Source: Nostoc sp. | Lineage (GTDB): Bacteria; Cyanobacteriota; Cyanobacteriia; Cyanobacteriales; Nostocaceae | Assembly (NCBI GenBank): GCA_036918135.1 | Contig: JBALDB010000062.1 | Coordinates: forward strand, 1 to 64,000 | Reading direction: 5' to 3' | Length of the DNA stretch: 64,000 bases | Shown here: one piece after another, positions 9,643 to 21,198 of the stretch | Layout of the letters: every line of letters starts with the position of its first letter | How positions within the stretch are numbered: position 1 is the stretch's first letter | The notes under the pieces: model-generated | Seen by the model: the letters and a program-made list of their open reading frames with translations, nothing else | Told to the model about the DNA's origin: nothing | Databases searched by the model: none | Translations under genes and position numbers: made by a program

Positions 9643-10033
9643 ACTAATACTGCTTAGCAGAATTCGTAATACTCGGCTGGGCGTGAGAAGCAAGCTATGT
9701 ATTTTTTGTAATTACGGTTGTGTAAGGGTTTTAAACATTTCAGGTGGTTAGTTATTTTCGCGCTGTTGTACTAAGTACCGCCGTGAAGTCAAAAGTATTA
9801 TCCAATGGGCTTTTTAGAGATTTTAAATCCTTGCTCGTCTTGCAAAGTGACGCTCCTGCGTCGCTCTAAGGGAAGCTATGCCGAAGGCTTTACGCTGCGC
9901 TAACTGATGCCTCCGGCAAGCCGGCCTCCGGGCGTCTACGGCAGGAACCGCCGCTCAACGCCACAAGATTCCGACGCAGGGTGCTGAGGTAGCAGTGGCT
10001 CGACTTTGCGCTATTGACACCGTGACGTACTAG
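9643..10033. repeat. cluster of nested MITE/REP-like elements
   Basis: Ends of the TAGTAC...GTACTA type, GC-rich palindromes (GCCTCCGGC..GCCGGCCTCCGGGC) and no ORF. Confidence 0.45.
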
Positions 10034-10196
10034 TTTTTTTAATACCTAATTTTCAATATTAATATCCAATCCTCCACTCTCATACTTGCTTCTTACGTCA
10101 AGCTATGAGATATTACATTTAAATACCACTAAATTGATAGGTTTACCGTATATTTTATAAAAAACCTAAGTGTTCGTGAATAAAGGAGTAATTAAA

Positions 10197-10457
10197 ATGA
10201 CAATTGTACAGAAAAACACAGTAGTATCTTTTCACAATTCCAATAGCATCAATCTAGGCAATTTACGCAAGTTTATACAATTAGGTACAACACAACTCAA
10301 AGTCTTTTGGTGGCATATTCACGCATACGGGACGATTTTGGGCGTCATGCTGTTGACTTTGAGCGGTTTGATTTACTTAATAATCCATCGGTCTTTAAGC
10401 AAGCTGCTGCCAGTTCTGATGCATCGAGATGAATGGAAGATTAGCAGTATCAAGTGA
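10197..10457 (+). CDS. small hypothetical membrane protein
   Basis: AAGGAG RBS before the ATG at 10197; one hydrophobic segment. Confidence 0.5.
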   Translation: MTIVQKNTVVSFHNSNSINLGNLRKFIQLGTTQLKVFWWHIHAYGTILGVMLLTLSGLIYLIIHRSLSKLLPVLMHRDEWKISSIK

Positions 10458-10959
10458 GAGATGGTTGTCATTGGTCAAAATAATTCCTAATTATTACTCC
10501 TTGAACTTTGGACAAAATAAGATTGTGACTGCGAGTGCCTTTAGTAGACAAGCTTGCGACCATCAGATGGCAGTTCCTTTAAGCAAGCAAAAGAGCTAAC
10601 GGACTGCCTCACACCACTTGCTTTCATAGCCGGAACTTATTTCTGCTGTGCTGTACTAGTCGAGCAGTGGCTCAACTTTAGAGGAGAGGACAAATGACAC
10701 TTATAGTAGAGGAGATAGCTAAATGAAAATGCGTATACTGCAATTACCAAGCAATAGTTTGATAGCTCCCAGTTAAAGACCTACTAGGAGCTTTTTTTTG
10801 CTTGATTATCTATTTAAATAGGTGGATAGATAAAAAAGTAGTACTAATTCAACTACTCCTTATGGATATAAATAATTAATTCTGATGATGGATGGAGTAT
10901 AAAGATTAAGATTGCTAATATAAATTTGTAATTAAAAAATGTTTATCGGGTTAAAGACA

Positions 10960-11232
10960 ATGAATATTCTTGCTTGGATTGTTTTAGGTCTAATTGCTGG
11001 TGCAATCGCTAAGGCTATCTACCCTGGTCATCAAGGTGGCGGAATTATAGGAACAATTGTACTAGGAATTATTGGTGCATTTGTTGGCGGTAGCTTAGGT
11101 GTATTCTTCAGTACGGGAACCTTAACACTAGCGGCTCCTACTCTCAGCATCCCGGGTATTGCAGTAGCAGTTATTGGTGCAATTGTTGCGGTTTTCCTTT
11201 GGAATCTATTTACCCGTCGCAGCGCTTTATAA
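10960..11232 (+). CDS. GlsB/YeaQ/YmgE (transglycosylase-associated) stress membrane protein
   Basis: MNILAWIVLGLIAGAIAKAIYPG...GIIGAFVGG. Followed by a hairpin at about 11307-11349. Confidence 0.9.
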   Translation: MNILAWIVLGLIAGAIAKAIYPGHQGGGIIGTIVLGIIGAFVGGSLGVFFSTGTLTLAAPTLSIPGIAVAVIGAIVAVFLWNLFTRRSAL

Positions 11233-11605
11233 AGACAGAATTGCGGTCAATCTACGAATAAAGATTTAGGAAATTCTTTTAACTATTTTATTTTGGAATT
11301 AAATCAAAAGAATAGTGTCATCGTTACTAGACGGTGGCACTATTCTTTTAATTAATCTTAAATTAAACAATAATTATTAACGTGGAAAATCAGCTATTAA
11401 AAGCTCAAAAAATTTGGTGTTAGATAATTAAAGTATAAATTCGAGTGAGCGTGGTAATAAGTTTATTTGAGACTTAGTATAAGTATAAATACGTAAAAAT
11501 ATAGAATTTTCATGAAATTTTCAATAAGTTGACTGATTCCTACACACAAATCGACAATGTTCCGTTAAGCTATAAGCTCCATGATTATGGTTTATTGAAC
11601 GTCTT

Positions 11606-12436
11606 ATGCATTGGTTGTTATCTGGGCCGTTGAGTACAGAGAAATTGACGGTTAAGATTGCGGGTTTGCCTGCACCGTTACAAGGTAAGAAGTTGGTGCA
11701 GTTGTCAGATTTTCACTATGATGGTTTGCGGCTGTCGGAAGGTATGCTAGAAAAAGCGATCGCAGTTAGCAACCAAGCTGAACCAGATTTAGTTTTATTG
11801 ACCGGTGACTACGTAACTGACGATCCCAAACCAATTCACCAACTTATACTTAGACTCAAACATCTCCAAAGTCACTATGGGATCTATGCTATTCTTGGTA
11901 ACCACGATATATATTACAAACACGCAAAAGCAGAAGTTACAGAGGCATTAACTAGCATTGGAATTCACGTCCTTTGGAACGAAATTGCCTATCCACTAGG
12001 AAAAGAATTACCACTCGTTGGACTGGCCGATAGTTGGTCGCGGGAATTCAAGCCGGCGTTAGTTATGAACCAGCTAAACCCAGCCACACCCTGCATTGTT
12101 TTATCCCATAACCCAGATAGTGCGGAGATATTACAAGCATGGCGAGTCGATTTACAATTATCTGGTCATACTCACGGTGGTCAAATCATAATTCCTGGAA
12201 TTGGACCAGCAGCGTTCGTTTACAGCAAGATTGCCAAAAAAATACCTTTGAAAATGCGGCGTCGAGTGCGATTTTTAGAAGAAAATGTTTATATAGTCAG
12301 CCATTGGGAATGGGCGCAGGGTTTCCATCGCTTGGGAAAAAATCAGCTATATGTCAATCGTGGCTTGGGAACTTACCTGCCAGGACGTTTATTTTGTCGC
12401 CCAGAAGTTACTATAATCACGCTACAAAATGAGTAA
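11606..12436 (+). CDS. metallophosphoesterase (YkuE-like)
   Basis: SDFH, TGDY, LGNHD, SHNPD and SGHTHGG motifs. Confidence 0.9.
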   Translation: MHWLLSGPLSTEKLTVKIAGLPAPLQGKKLVQLSDFHYDGLRLSEGMLEKAIAVSNQAEPDLVLLTGDYVTDDPKPIHQLILRLKHLQSHYGIYAILGNHDIYYKHAKAEVTEALTSIGIHVLWNEIAYPLGKELPLVGLADSWSREFKPALVMNQLNPATPCIVLSHNPDSAEILQAWRVDLQLSGHTHGGQIIIPGIGPAAFVYSKIAKKIPLKMRRRVRFLEENVYIVSHWEWAQGFHRLGKNQLYVNRGLGTYLPGRLFCRPEVTIITLQNE

Positions 12437-12569
12437 TTCCGAATTCAATATATGAATCAGCTTTATCTGTAAGTGTCCAGACACGAGATGAGATTATTGC
12501 TATTTATCAAGTTGCATTTTGAATTTTTGGTAAGCTGTAAGCGCTGGTATGAGGAGTATCGGTTGCCTT

Positions 12570-13403
12570 ATGCATTGGTTATTTACAGGACATTTAAGAG
12601 TAGATAAAATAACGGTTAAGATTGCGGAACTTCCGACATCTTTACAAGGTACGAAACTGGTGCAGTTGTCAGATTTTCACTACGATGGTTTGCGGCTATC
12701 GGAAGATATGTTAGCAAAAGCGATCGCACTTACTAACGAAGCTGAACCAGATTTAATTTTATTAACTGGTGACTACGTAACTGACGATCCAACACCGATT
12801 AATCAATTGGTGCTGCGATTAAAACATCTCCAAAGTCGTTGTGGTATTTACGCCGTCTTAGGTAATCACGATATCTATCACAGCCACTCGCAAACAGAAA
12901 TTACAAAGGCGTTAACTAGTATTGGGGTGCATGTACTTTGGAATGAAATTGCTTATCCACTAGGAAAAGAATTACCATTAGTAGGACTAGCTGATTACTG
13001 GTCGCGGGAATTTTATCCCGCACTAGTTATGAATCAACTAGATTCGATTACACCCCGCATTGTTTTATCACATAATCCAGATACAGCCAAGATATTGCAA
13101 CAATGGCGCGTAGATTTGCAATTATCTGGTCATACCCACGGTGGTCATATCGTAATTCCAGGCATTGGCCCAGTAGTATTTTATTATAAAAAGCTCCTGA
13201 AAAAAATTCCCAAAAAATTACGGCGTTGGGTAACATTTTTACTAGGAGACTACTCAAAAGTGGTGCGATATTGGGAATGGGCGCAAGGATTTCACAGTGT
13301 CGAACAAAATCAACTATATATTAATCGTGGTTTAGGAACTTATAAACCAGGACGCTTGTTTTGTCCGCCAGAAGTAACTGTGATTACATTAATTAGTCAT
13401 TAG
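12570..13403 (+). CDS. metallophosphoesterase, tandem paralog
   Basis: Same motifs and high similarity to 11606-12436. GAGGAG RBS before the ATG at 12570. Confidence 0.9.
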   Translation: MHWLFTGHLRVDKITVKIAELPTSLQGTKLVQLSDFHYDGLRLSEDMLAKAIALTNEAEPDLILLTGDYVTDDPTPINQLVLRLKHLQSRCGIYAVLGNHDIYHSHSQTEITKALTSIGVHVLWNEIAYPLGKELPLVGLADYWSREFYPALVMNQLDSITPRIVLSHNPDTAKILQQWRVDLQLSGHTHGGHIVIPGIGPVVFYYKKLLKKIPKKLRRWVTFLLGDYSKVVRYWEWAQGFHSVEQNQLYINRGLGTYKPGRLFCPPEVTVITLISH

Positions 13404-14002
13404 TGAGTAACAAAGGACAACTGACAAATGACAAAAGATAACGGACATAAAGACAAATGACAAAACCCAGCCCTCACTGGTGAGAGTGTGATTTAAATGC
13501 ATAACACTCAAAACAGAAACCGCCTAAAGCTACGATGGATACATATCAGCAGCTTGGGGCGGTTTCTTGAAGATTGGATAATTCAGAGTTAATTAATTCA
13601 ACTAAGGTGGACAGTCTTCGCGATCGGTTTACAGAGAATTGTACATCCTTATATATTCCAACTAGGCAGGCATTTTCTGGCTGTGCTTTCTAAAACCTCC
13701 AACATAACTCGATCAACACAAGGCTAAAACACATTTAACGGATGCCACAACCTAAGAGCGATCGCCAGAAAATTAGAGCAGGAGGTACAGGCTCTAACTT
13801 AAAAGTTTTAACTTACTTTTAACCTGTTTGTACCTTGCTCTTAATCTAGCATTGTGTCTGTTCGGGAACAATAGACGTTTACTAAAGTTAAACACCATTA
13901 ATTTATCGTAACAATTCTGAAATATTGCTTAAAATTTTTCCCACTTGTTATATGTTTGCGTTAATGCCAACATTATCAAGTGGGCTGAAAGTTCAGAAGC
14001 TA

Positions 14003-14767
14003 TTATCGACCAGAACCGTCTGTAGTAGTGTTACCTGCGGTAGAAGAACCACTATCAGATGTACTCTTTGACTCGTCTGCTCCTTGAGGTGGAGTAGTTT
14101 TAGAGGTGTCACTTTTCGTACTTGGAGTGAGAGTACTAGTAGAAGTATCGCCCTTGCTTTGCGAAGTCGGAGTGTTACTAGTTGGATTTGTGGTTGGAGT
14201 TGGTGCAGCTTTAGGGGTTGACTGGATTACAGAAGGTGCTTTTTGTGCCGCAGGCTCTTGGGGTGGAATAGTAATATTAATATTTGGTTGGCGAGGCAAA
14301 GATGGAGGTGTAACCTGCTGTTGTGGGACAGGAACAGGAACGGGTACTTCCCTAGTTCTTTCAATGATCGTCGTTTGTGGTTGAGGAGAAGCACTAGGAG
14401 TTGGACTGCTATCACTCGTTGGTACAGGAACCAAAACTGGCGCAGTATTGTCAACGGCTGTGTTATTGCGCTGGTTATAATACCATATGCCGCCTACAAC
14501 CAAACCAAGCACGGCAGTAACGATAATACCCAAGAGCAAACCACGACTAGCATTATTTTCATCACGTTCGGCTAAATCAGCTTGCTGGTATCTACGCTCA
14601 GTATTTCGACCTTGTACGTAACCGTTAGTGTAAGAGTTGGGATTGGCTGTGTTGTTGACTGTTTCGCTGGTTCGTGTCAAATGCGTGTGAGTATTACCAT
14701 TAATATCAGTGTAAGATTCTTGCTTGACTTCACTGCTTTGGCTTTGGCGTTCATTAGGAATAGACAT
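14003..14767 (-). CDS. single-pass membrane protein with Pro/Thr/Ser-rich C-terminal tail
   Basis: TM segment GLLLGIIVTAVLGLVVGGIWYY, low-complexity tail and GAGGAG RBS. Confidence 0.75.
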   Translation of the reverse strand: MSIPNERQSQSSEVKQESYTDINGNTHTHLTRTSETVNNTANPNSYTNGYVQGRNTERRYQQADLAERDENNASRGLLLGIIVTAVLGLVVGGIWYYNQRNNTAVDNTAPVLVPVPTSDSSPTPSASPQPQTTIIERTREVPVPVPVPQQQVTPPSLPRQPNINITIPPQEPAAQKAPSVIQSTPKAAPTPTTNPTSNTPTSQSKGDTSTSTLTPSTKSDTSKTTPPQGADESKSTSDSGSSTAGNTTTDGSGR

Positions 14768-15058
14768 AGCTGTTGATTTCACTCCTCAGATAGGATATTG
14801 ACAAACTAAAGTTTTCTCAGAACAAAAGATTTTAATGATTTGAAAAATATACGTTGCTGATAAAAATGAGTTCTATTTGCTACTCAACTGTTGGTAATTC
14901 TGAGGATAACCTCTGCGAGCGCACAACTGGCTCTATCTCCGGGGAGTTAATACTTAATCAAAAGAAAGAGTAGCCCAAAGATAGATGTTATTATCCTGTC
15001 AGCTGATATTTGAATCCAAAATCTAGTAATTTACATCAGCTAAATTTTTAATTTGTTG

Positions 15059-16495
15059 TTAGACATCGCAGCGCCAAATTTTGATTGTCATGTCTCGGCT
15101 ACCACTAACCAGAGTTTTGCCATCAGGACTGAAAGCAACAGAGTTAACCCAATCTGAATGGTTATCTAAAGTGTAAATATTTTTTCCAGTGCTAATATCC
15201 CATAGCTTGACTGTACAATCTGCACTACCACTAGCTAGATGCTGACCATCAGGATTAAAAGCGATCGCACAAACATAGCTACGATGTCCAGCAAGAGTGT
15301 TAATTAGCTTACCTGTACTACTGTCCCATAGCTTGATAGTCTGGTCATAACTGCCACTAGCTAAAATTTGCCCATTAGGGCTAATAGCAACACACATTAC
15401 CCAACCTGAATGCCCTTTGAGAGTTTGTAGCAGTTTTCTACTGTTCAAATTCCACAACTTAACGGTATTATCTGCACCGCCACTCACAAAAATCTGCTGC
15501 TTTAGACAAATGGCAAGGGAGTGAACTAAGGAAGAATGAGCTTTAAGAACGTGCAGCAATTGCCCCATACCCATATGGGAAACTTTGATAGTAGTGTCTG
15601 CACCAGCACTCATGATAGTCTCACTATTTGGATTAATAATTACGGAAAAAACTGGAGTTGAATGTACTTTGACAGTGTTGAGTAATTTACCTGTGGACAC
15701 TTCCCAAATCATTATGCTACCGTCATCACTGCCACTAACCATTTGGCTATCCGATCTGTAGGCTAGGCATCTTACCAATTTTCTATGTCCAGCGAGAGTA
15801 CGCAGTAATTTTCCAGTGTTGAGATGCCAAATCTTAATGGTATTATCACTACTTCCACTAGCTAGAGTTTGCCCGTCTGGACTGATTGCAGTTGTAAAAA
15901 CCCCATTTTTTTCAGTCAAGGTGTGTACGCATTTCCACGGCGAAGGTTGAGACTGTGATTCAGGAGGTGGCGGCGTTGGTGGTTTTGCCGGTGGTGGCGG
16001 TGTCGGTGGTTTTGGTGCTGCTTTTTTCTGTTTCAGTTCTAGTTCTATAGCATTTTTAAAATCTGACTTGGCTCTATTTTCATATCCTAGTTTTGAGCAA
16101 GCAAGCCCTCGGTATTTATAAGCTTCAAAGTAGTTAGGGTTGAGGCGGATCGCTTGGGTAAAGTCTTCAATTGCTTCACTATACTTTCCTTTTTGAGCTT
16201 TCTCCATGCCCACTTTGTAGAAAGTTTCAGCATTAGATGAAGTGAAATCAATTTTAGTGAAAGTGGAAGCAGATTGATTTATCTGACTTGCTTGATAAGA
16301 CTTTAACCTTGCATAAGCTTGATTGATTTCTTTAATTTTTTCTTCTGCTTCTAGCTTTTGCTGTGGCTTGAGAAAACAATCTGGATGCCAAACCTTAGCC
16401 ATCTGACGGTAAGCTTGCTTTATCTCCTCAGCAGATGCACCTGGTTTCAACCCAAGAATATCGTAAACATGATTTATATCGAAGCGATCGCTCAT
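15059..16495 (-). CDS. J-domain + TPR + WD40 repeat protein
   Basis: WHPD J-domain, TPR, Pro-rich linker and seven GH...WD-type repeats. Confidence 0.9.
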   Translation of the reverse strand: MSDRFDINHVYDILGLKPGASAEEIKQAYRQMAKVWHPDCFLKPQQKLEAEEKIKEINQAYARLKSYQASQINQSASTFTKIDFTSSNAETFYKVGMEKAQKGKYSEAIEDFTQAIRLNPNYFEAYKYRGLACSKLGYENRAKSDFKNAIELELKQKKAAPKPPTPPPPAKPPTPPPPESQSQPSPWKCVHTLTEKNGVFTTAISPDGQTLASGSSDNTIKIWHLNTGKLLRTLAGHRKLVRCLAYRSDSQMVSGSDDGSIMIWEVSTGKLLNTVKVHSTPVFSVIINPNSETIMSAGADTTIKVSHMGMGQLLHVLKAHSSLVHSLAICLKQQIFVSGGADNTVKLWNLNSRKLLQTLKGHSGWVMCVAISPNGQILASGSYDQTIKLWDSSTGKLINTLAGHRSYVCAIAFNPDGQHLASGSADCTVKLWDISTGKNIYTLDNHSDWVNSVAFSPDGKTLVSGSRDMTIKIWRCDV

Positions 16496-16598
16496 ACTAA
16501 GAAATCAGCACCAAATCCTAATATACTTAGTATTCCCAAGCATCAGTAGTGAATCACTCCAGGTATGATATCGCTATTTGAAGCGTTAATTGCTAATC

Positions 16599-17207
16599 TC
16601 ATATCCAACGCCGATTTAACCGCAGTAAAGACTTTATTTCCTGACAAAATCTTGTTAGCAGTTTAGGCTTTGATACGCGCCTTGGTGATGACGAACTACG
16701 CCTAGCACCCGGATTTCTTAACTCTTGTTCTAACTGTGCGGCTTTATTTAAATCAGAAGTGGCTCTATATTCGTATCCCAGTTGAGAGCAAACTAACCCA
16801 CGATATTTATATGCGTCAATATAATGAGGATTAAGATGAATCGCGCGGGTAAAATCAGCGATTGCATCCTCATATCTTCCATTAGTGGCATTCTCTACCC
16901 CTAAAGTATAAAAAGCTTCTGCATCCCAACGTTTGACAGATACTTTTGTGGGATTTTTTGGCGAAGATGAGGATGGATTTGCAATAGTGGGAGGCTTAGA
17001 TGAATATTCAGACTTGAGTTTGTTGTAAGCTGCGTTGATTTTTTTGATTTTTTCTTCAGCTTCCTGTTTTTGCTTTTGCTCAAAAAAGCGGTCAGGATGC
17101 CAAATTTTCACCAGTTTACGGTAAGCTCGCTTCAGTTGTGCGGGCGAAGCACCAGGTTCCAGCCCCAAAATTTCATAAGCATGATTGATATCGAAATCGT
17201 CGCGCAT
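16599..17207 (-). CDS. J-domain + TPR protein
   Basis: WHPD motif and TPR; paralogous to the N-terminus of 15059-16495. Confidence 0.9.
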   Translation of the reverse strand: MRDDFDINHAYEILGLEPGASPAQLKRAYRKLVKIWHPDRFFEQKQKQEAEEKIKKINAAYNKLKSEYSSKPPTIANPSSSSPKNPTKVSVKRWDAEAFYTLGVENATNGRYEDAIADFTRAIHLNPHYIDAYKYRGLVCSQLGYEYRATSDLNKAAQLEQELRNPGARRSSSSPRRVSKPKLLTRFCQEIKSLLRLNRRWI

Positions 17208-17212
17208 ACTGA

Positions 17213-18334
<1,122 letters not shown>

Positions 18335-18365
18335 AAATGCTATAATTTCAAACGTGATATTTTTT

Positions 18366-18727
18366 GGGGCTGTAGCTCAGTTGGATAGAGCGAGCGCCTC
18401 CTGAATCATCGGGCACCATAAAGGAAACTTTATGAGTGAATGTGGTTGAATTCGGTGAACCCTAAAGAGTGAAAATTTCCTTCTTTTTAATATGGTTGTT
18501 GTGACTGTCAGAAGCAGCACAAAAGCAGTTTTTAGAAAGTCGGATTAATTATTTATTAACACTTCATGGGAATACCGAGCCAAGCTTGATTCCATTCAAG
18601 AAGGTGTAGAGACTAGGTAGCCACCACCTAAAGGCTAAAAGCCTATGGTGAAGGTATAGTCCAGAGAGTGGGGAAACTCACACAAATCTGAAGCGCTAGG
18701 TCGTGCGTTCAAGTCGCACCAGTCCCG
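18366..18727 (+). tRNA. trnR-CCU: tRNA-Arg(CCU), split: exon 1 18366-18402, exon 2 18691-18727
   Basis: Acceptor stem GGGGCTG/CAGTCCC, D arm GCTC/GAGC, anticodon stem AGCGC/GCGCT with loop CT-CCT^AA, T arm GTGCG-TTCAAGT-CGCAC. Confidence 0.95.
18403..18690 (+). ncRNA. group I intron (288 nt) inserted directly 3' of the CCU anticodon
   Basis: 5' exon ends in U and intron ends in G. P (AATTCGGTGAA), Q (AATACCGAGC), R (GTAGAGACTAG) and S (AAGGTATAGTCC) elements; P3 GTGGTTG/TAGCCAC; GAAA-capped P2 and P9. Confidence 0.93.
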
Positions 18728-18749
18728 TTAATCTTAATAAACTAAATTT

Positions 18750-19913
18750 TTAATTTCTCAATTGCACTGGCATAGCTAAGTAGGTCATTTTCAAACCACC
18801 CAGTGGTGTAAAAATTACTGGAGTTAGGCTTTGATTCAAATGCATTTGAATTTCGGAAGATGGTAGCTCTTTTAAGCCTTCCATCAAATATTTAATATTA
18901 AAAGCAATTTCTATATTTTCTCCAGAAATTTGTGCTGGCATTGGCTCTCTACCACTACCCACATCTTGAGCTTCACAAGATAAGATAATTTCTTGGGCTT
19001 CGCTATCAATACTAAGCTTCACAATATTATTTTTCTGATCTGCTAGCACAGCAATTCGCTCCAAAGTGCTGATGAATTGTCGCCTCTCAATTGTTACTTG
19101 TCGCTCAAATTGACGCGGAATCAATTGCCGATAAGTAGGATACTGCCCTTCTAATGTACGACTAGTCAAGCGCTGATTTTGCCATGCAAAGACAACTTGA
19201 CCTTGTTCTAAATGTAAAGCTACAGGTTCATCAGATGAGGCACTATGAGCTAGCATTCGTTGTAGTTCGCGTAATGCTCTAGCTGGTACAGTTACTTCTA
19301 GTTGACTAGTTCCATCTAAAGGACGCTCGTTGCTAGTTTCTACTACTGCTAGGCGATGTCCGTCCGTAGCTGCAAATTCTAAAGTATCTTGTTTAACTGT
19401 TAAATGCACTCCAGTGAGTACTTGTTTGGTTTCATCAGCACTGGTAGCAAACAATGAACCCCGTAATCCTTCAATTAATGCAGCGCTAGTCAGATGGAGT
19501 ACTTCGGTATTCTCAATTATCGGTAGTTCGGGAAATTCCTCAGCCCCCATTGCTCGTACCTGATAATATCCACTCTTTGGTGTGAGTGTAACAATTAAAC
19601 TATCGCCGCTACCTGTTGCACTTGTGAGGGGTGATTCATCATCTAAAGTAATTTCTCCCTCTGGCAGACGAGAGGTGATGTCTACAAGTAACTTAGCAGG
19701 AAGTGCGATCGCTCCTCCTTGCCATACCTCGGCGTTAAAACTAGTACGGATACCCAAGCTCAAATCAAAAGCTGTTAAGCTTACCTGGTTAGTTTGAGCA
19801 TCCGCTTGTAGCAACACATTAGCAAGTACGGGATGAGTCGGTCGTGAAGGTACAGCACGACTGACGAGTGAGAGGTTTGTACTGAGGTCGCTTTGAGCGC
19901 AAACTAATTTCAT
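18750..19913 (-). CDS. dnaN: DNA polymerase III beta clamp
   Basis: SRAVPSRPTHPVL, ATDGHRL, LEGQYP and C-terminal YLAMPVQL. Confidence 0.97.
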   Translation of the reverse strand: MKLVCAQSDLSTNLSLVSRAVPSRPTHPVLANVLLQADAQTNQVSLTAFDLSLGIRTSFNAEVWQGGAIALPAKLLVDITSRLPEGEITLDDESPLTSATGSGDSLIVTLTPKSGYYQVRAMGAEEFPELPIIENTEVLHLTSAALIEGLRGSLFATSADETKQVLTGVHLTVKQDTLEFAATDGHRLAVVETSNERPLDGTSQLEVTVPARALRELQRMLAHSASSDEPVALHLEQGQVVFAWQNQRLTSRTLEGQYPTYRQLIPRQFERQVTIERRQFISTLERIAVLADQKNNIVKLSIDSEAQEIILSCEAQDVGSGREPMPAQISGENIEIAFNIKYLMEGLKELPSSEIQMHLNQSLTPVIFTPLGGLKMTYLAMPVQLRN

Positions 19914-20015
19914 AAGTCAGATTCAGCTGGTGAAAGATATCGTAACATCCTTATTGTTTATAGGCGAATGGCAAGAGCAACGGACGATGGGAGACTTGCA
20001 TGAGAACAAGGAACT

Positions 20016-20167
20016 TACAGCAGATTGCAATTAAGTGAGGCACAAAATCCAGAACTGAATTTATCAAATATAAACAGTTTCTACCTCTTCCCTCCTGCCT
20101 CCAGCAAGAACTGCCTTCTGCCTCAAAACCCGTAACTTTGTACTTCATGCAAATTAAAACTACTGTA
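20016..20167. mobile_element. MITE-like element with imperfect terminal inverted repeats
   Basis: TACAGCAGATTGCAATTAAGTGAGGCACA ... TGTACTTCATGCAAATTAAAACTACTGTA, with internal heptamer-like CCTCCTG/CCTTCTG repeats. Confidence 0.5.
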
Positions 20168-20345
20168 AAAGGTAAAAGGCAAAAGTAAAAAATCTTTTGC
20201 TTTTTCTAAAATCAAATGATATGAAGTGGCTAGAACCCTTTGATGGATCGTCGGATACAGGTTAGGATAATCCTTCAATTAGAGGAATATCTTAAAGCAA
20301 AGCGCGATTAAGCGTGTTTGAGCAAAAAAATCCCCAAATCGAAGT

Positions 20346-21011
20346 TTGGGTATATTCTTTTGGCAGGTTGCTACTCTACCATCAATTATTGTTTTTCTAG
20401 TCAAAGAAAATTTTCCAGTCAGTAAATTAACTTATCAAGCCTTGAATAAGCTACTCTTTACAGGTAAATCTTTGAAATTTATGGTTTTTGTCTTACCGCT
20501 AGTCATGTGGTGGGGATACAAAGAAGTACAAAACCAATTTGTGCAGCCGCAAGCTGTAATTGTTTTAGGTGGTTCAACAAAACGTTTAGAGCGAGAGAAG
20601 TTTACTGCAGAATTTGTCCGGAAGCATCCAAATATACCAATCTGGATTACGGGGGGTAGTCCGCCAAAGTTTACGCAACAAGTGTTTACCAGAGCTGGTG
20701 TCGATCCCAAACGTTTACACTTGGACTATGAGGCAGTTGATACAGTTACTAATTTTACTACGTTGGTGGATGATTTGCAAGCTCGCGGGATCAAGAGTGT
20801 TTATTTAATTACTTCAGACTTCCATATGCGCCGGGCTTGTGTAATTGGGGAAATTATTTTGGGTAGTCGGGGTATTTATTTAAAACCAGTGCCAGTTCCT
20901 TCAGAAAACCCCCCTGAATCTATTGAAAAATCTATTCGTGATGGAGCAAGAGCCATACTTTGGTTAGCAACTGGTTACACCGGAGTAGAGTCAACTAAAA
21001 ATAAACGGTAA
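20346..21011 (+). CDS. YdcF/DUF218 family protein
   Basis: IVLGG, AVDTVTNF and LITSDFHMRRA motifs; true start uncertain. Confidence 0.85.
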   Translation: MGIFFWQVATLPSIIVFLVKENFPVSKLTYQALNKLLFTGKSLKFMVFVLPLVMWWGYKEVQNQFVQPQAVIVLGGSTKRLEREKFTAEFVRKHPNIPIWITGGSPPKFTQQVFTRAGVDPKRLHLDYEAVDTVTNFTTLVDDLQARGIKSVYLITSDFHMRRACVIGEIILGSRGIYLKPVPVPSENPPESIEKSIRDGARAILWLATGYTGVESTKNKR

Positions 21012-21198
21012 ATTAAACCAATTTTAGATTTTAGAATTAAGAGAATTAATGCTAATAATTCAATGGTTAATCATTGGTTATTGAATCAATAACTAAGGAC
21101 AGCCCTTAGTAGCCGCCTGTGCAGTTGGAGAAAAAAATGCCCCACTTTCTCCCACAATTTGATACCCTAGCTTAAACAGAATTGAGAAAAGTTAAAGC

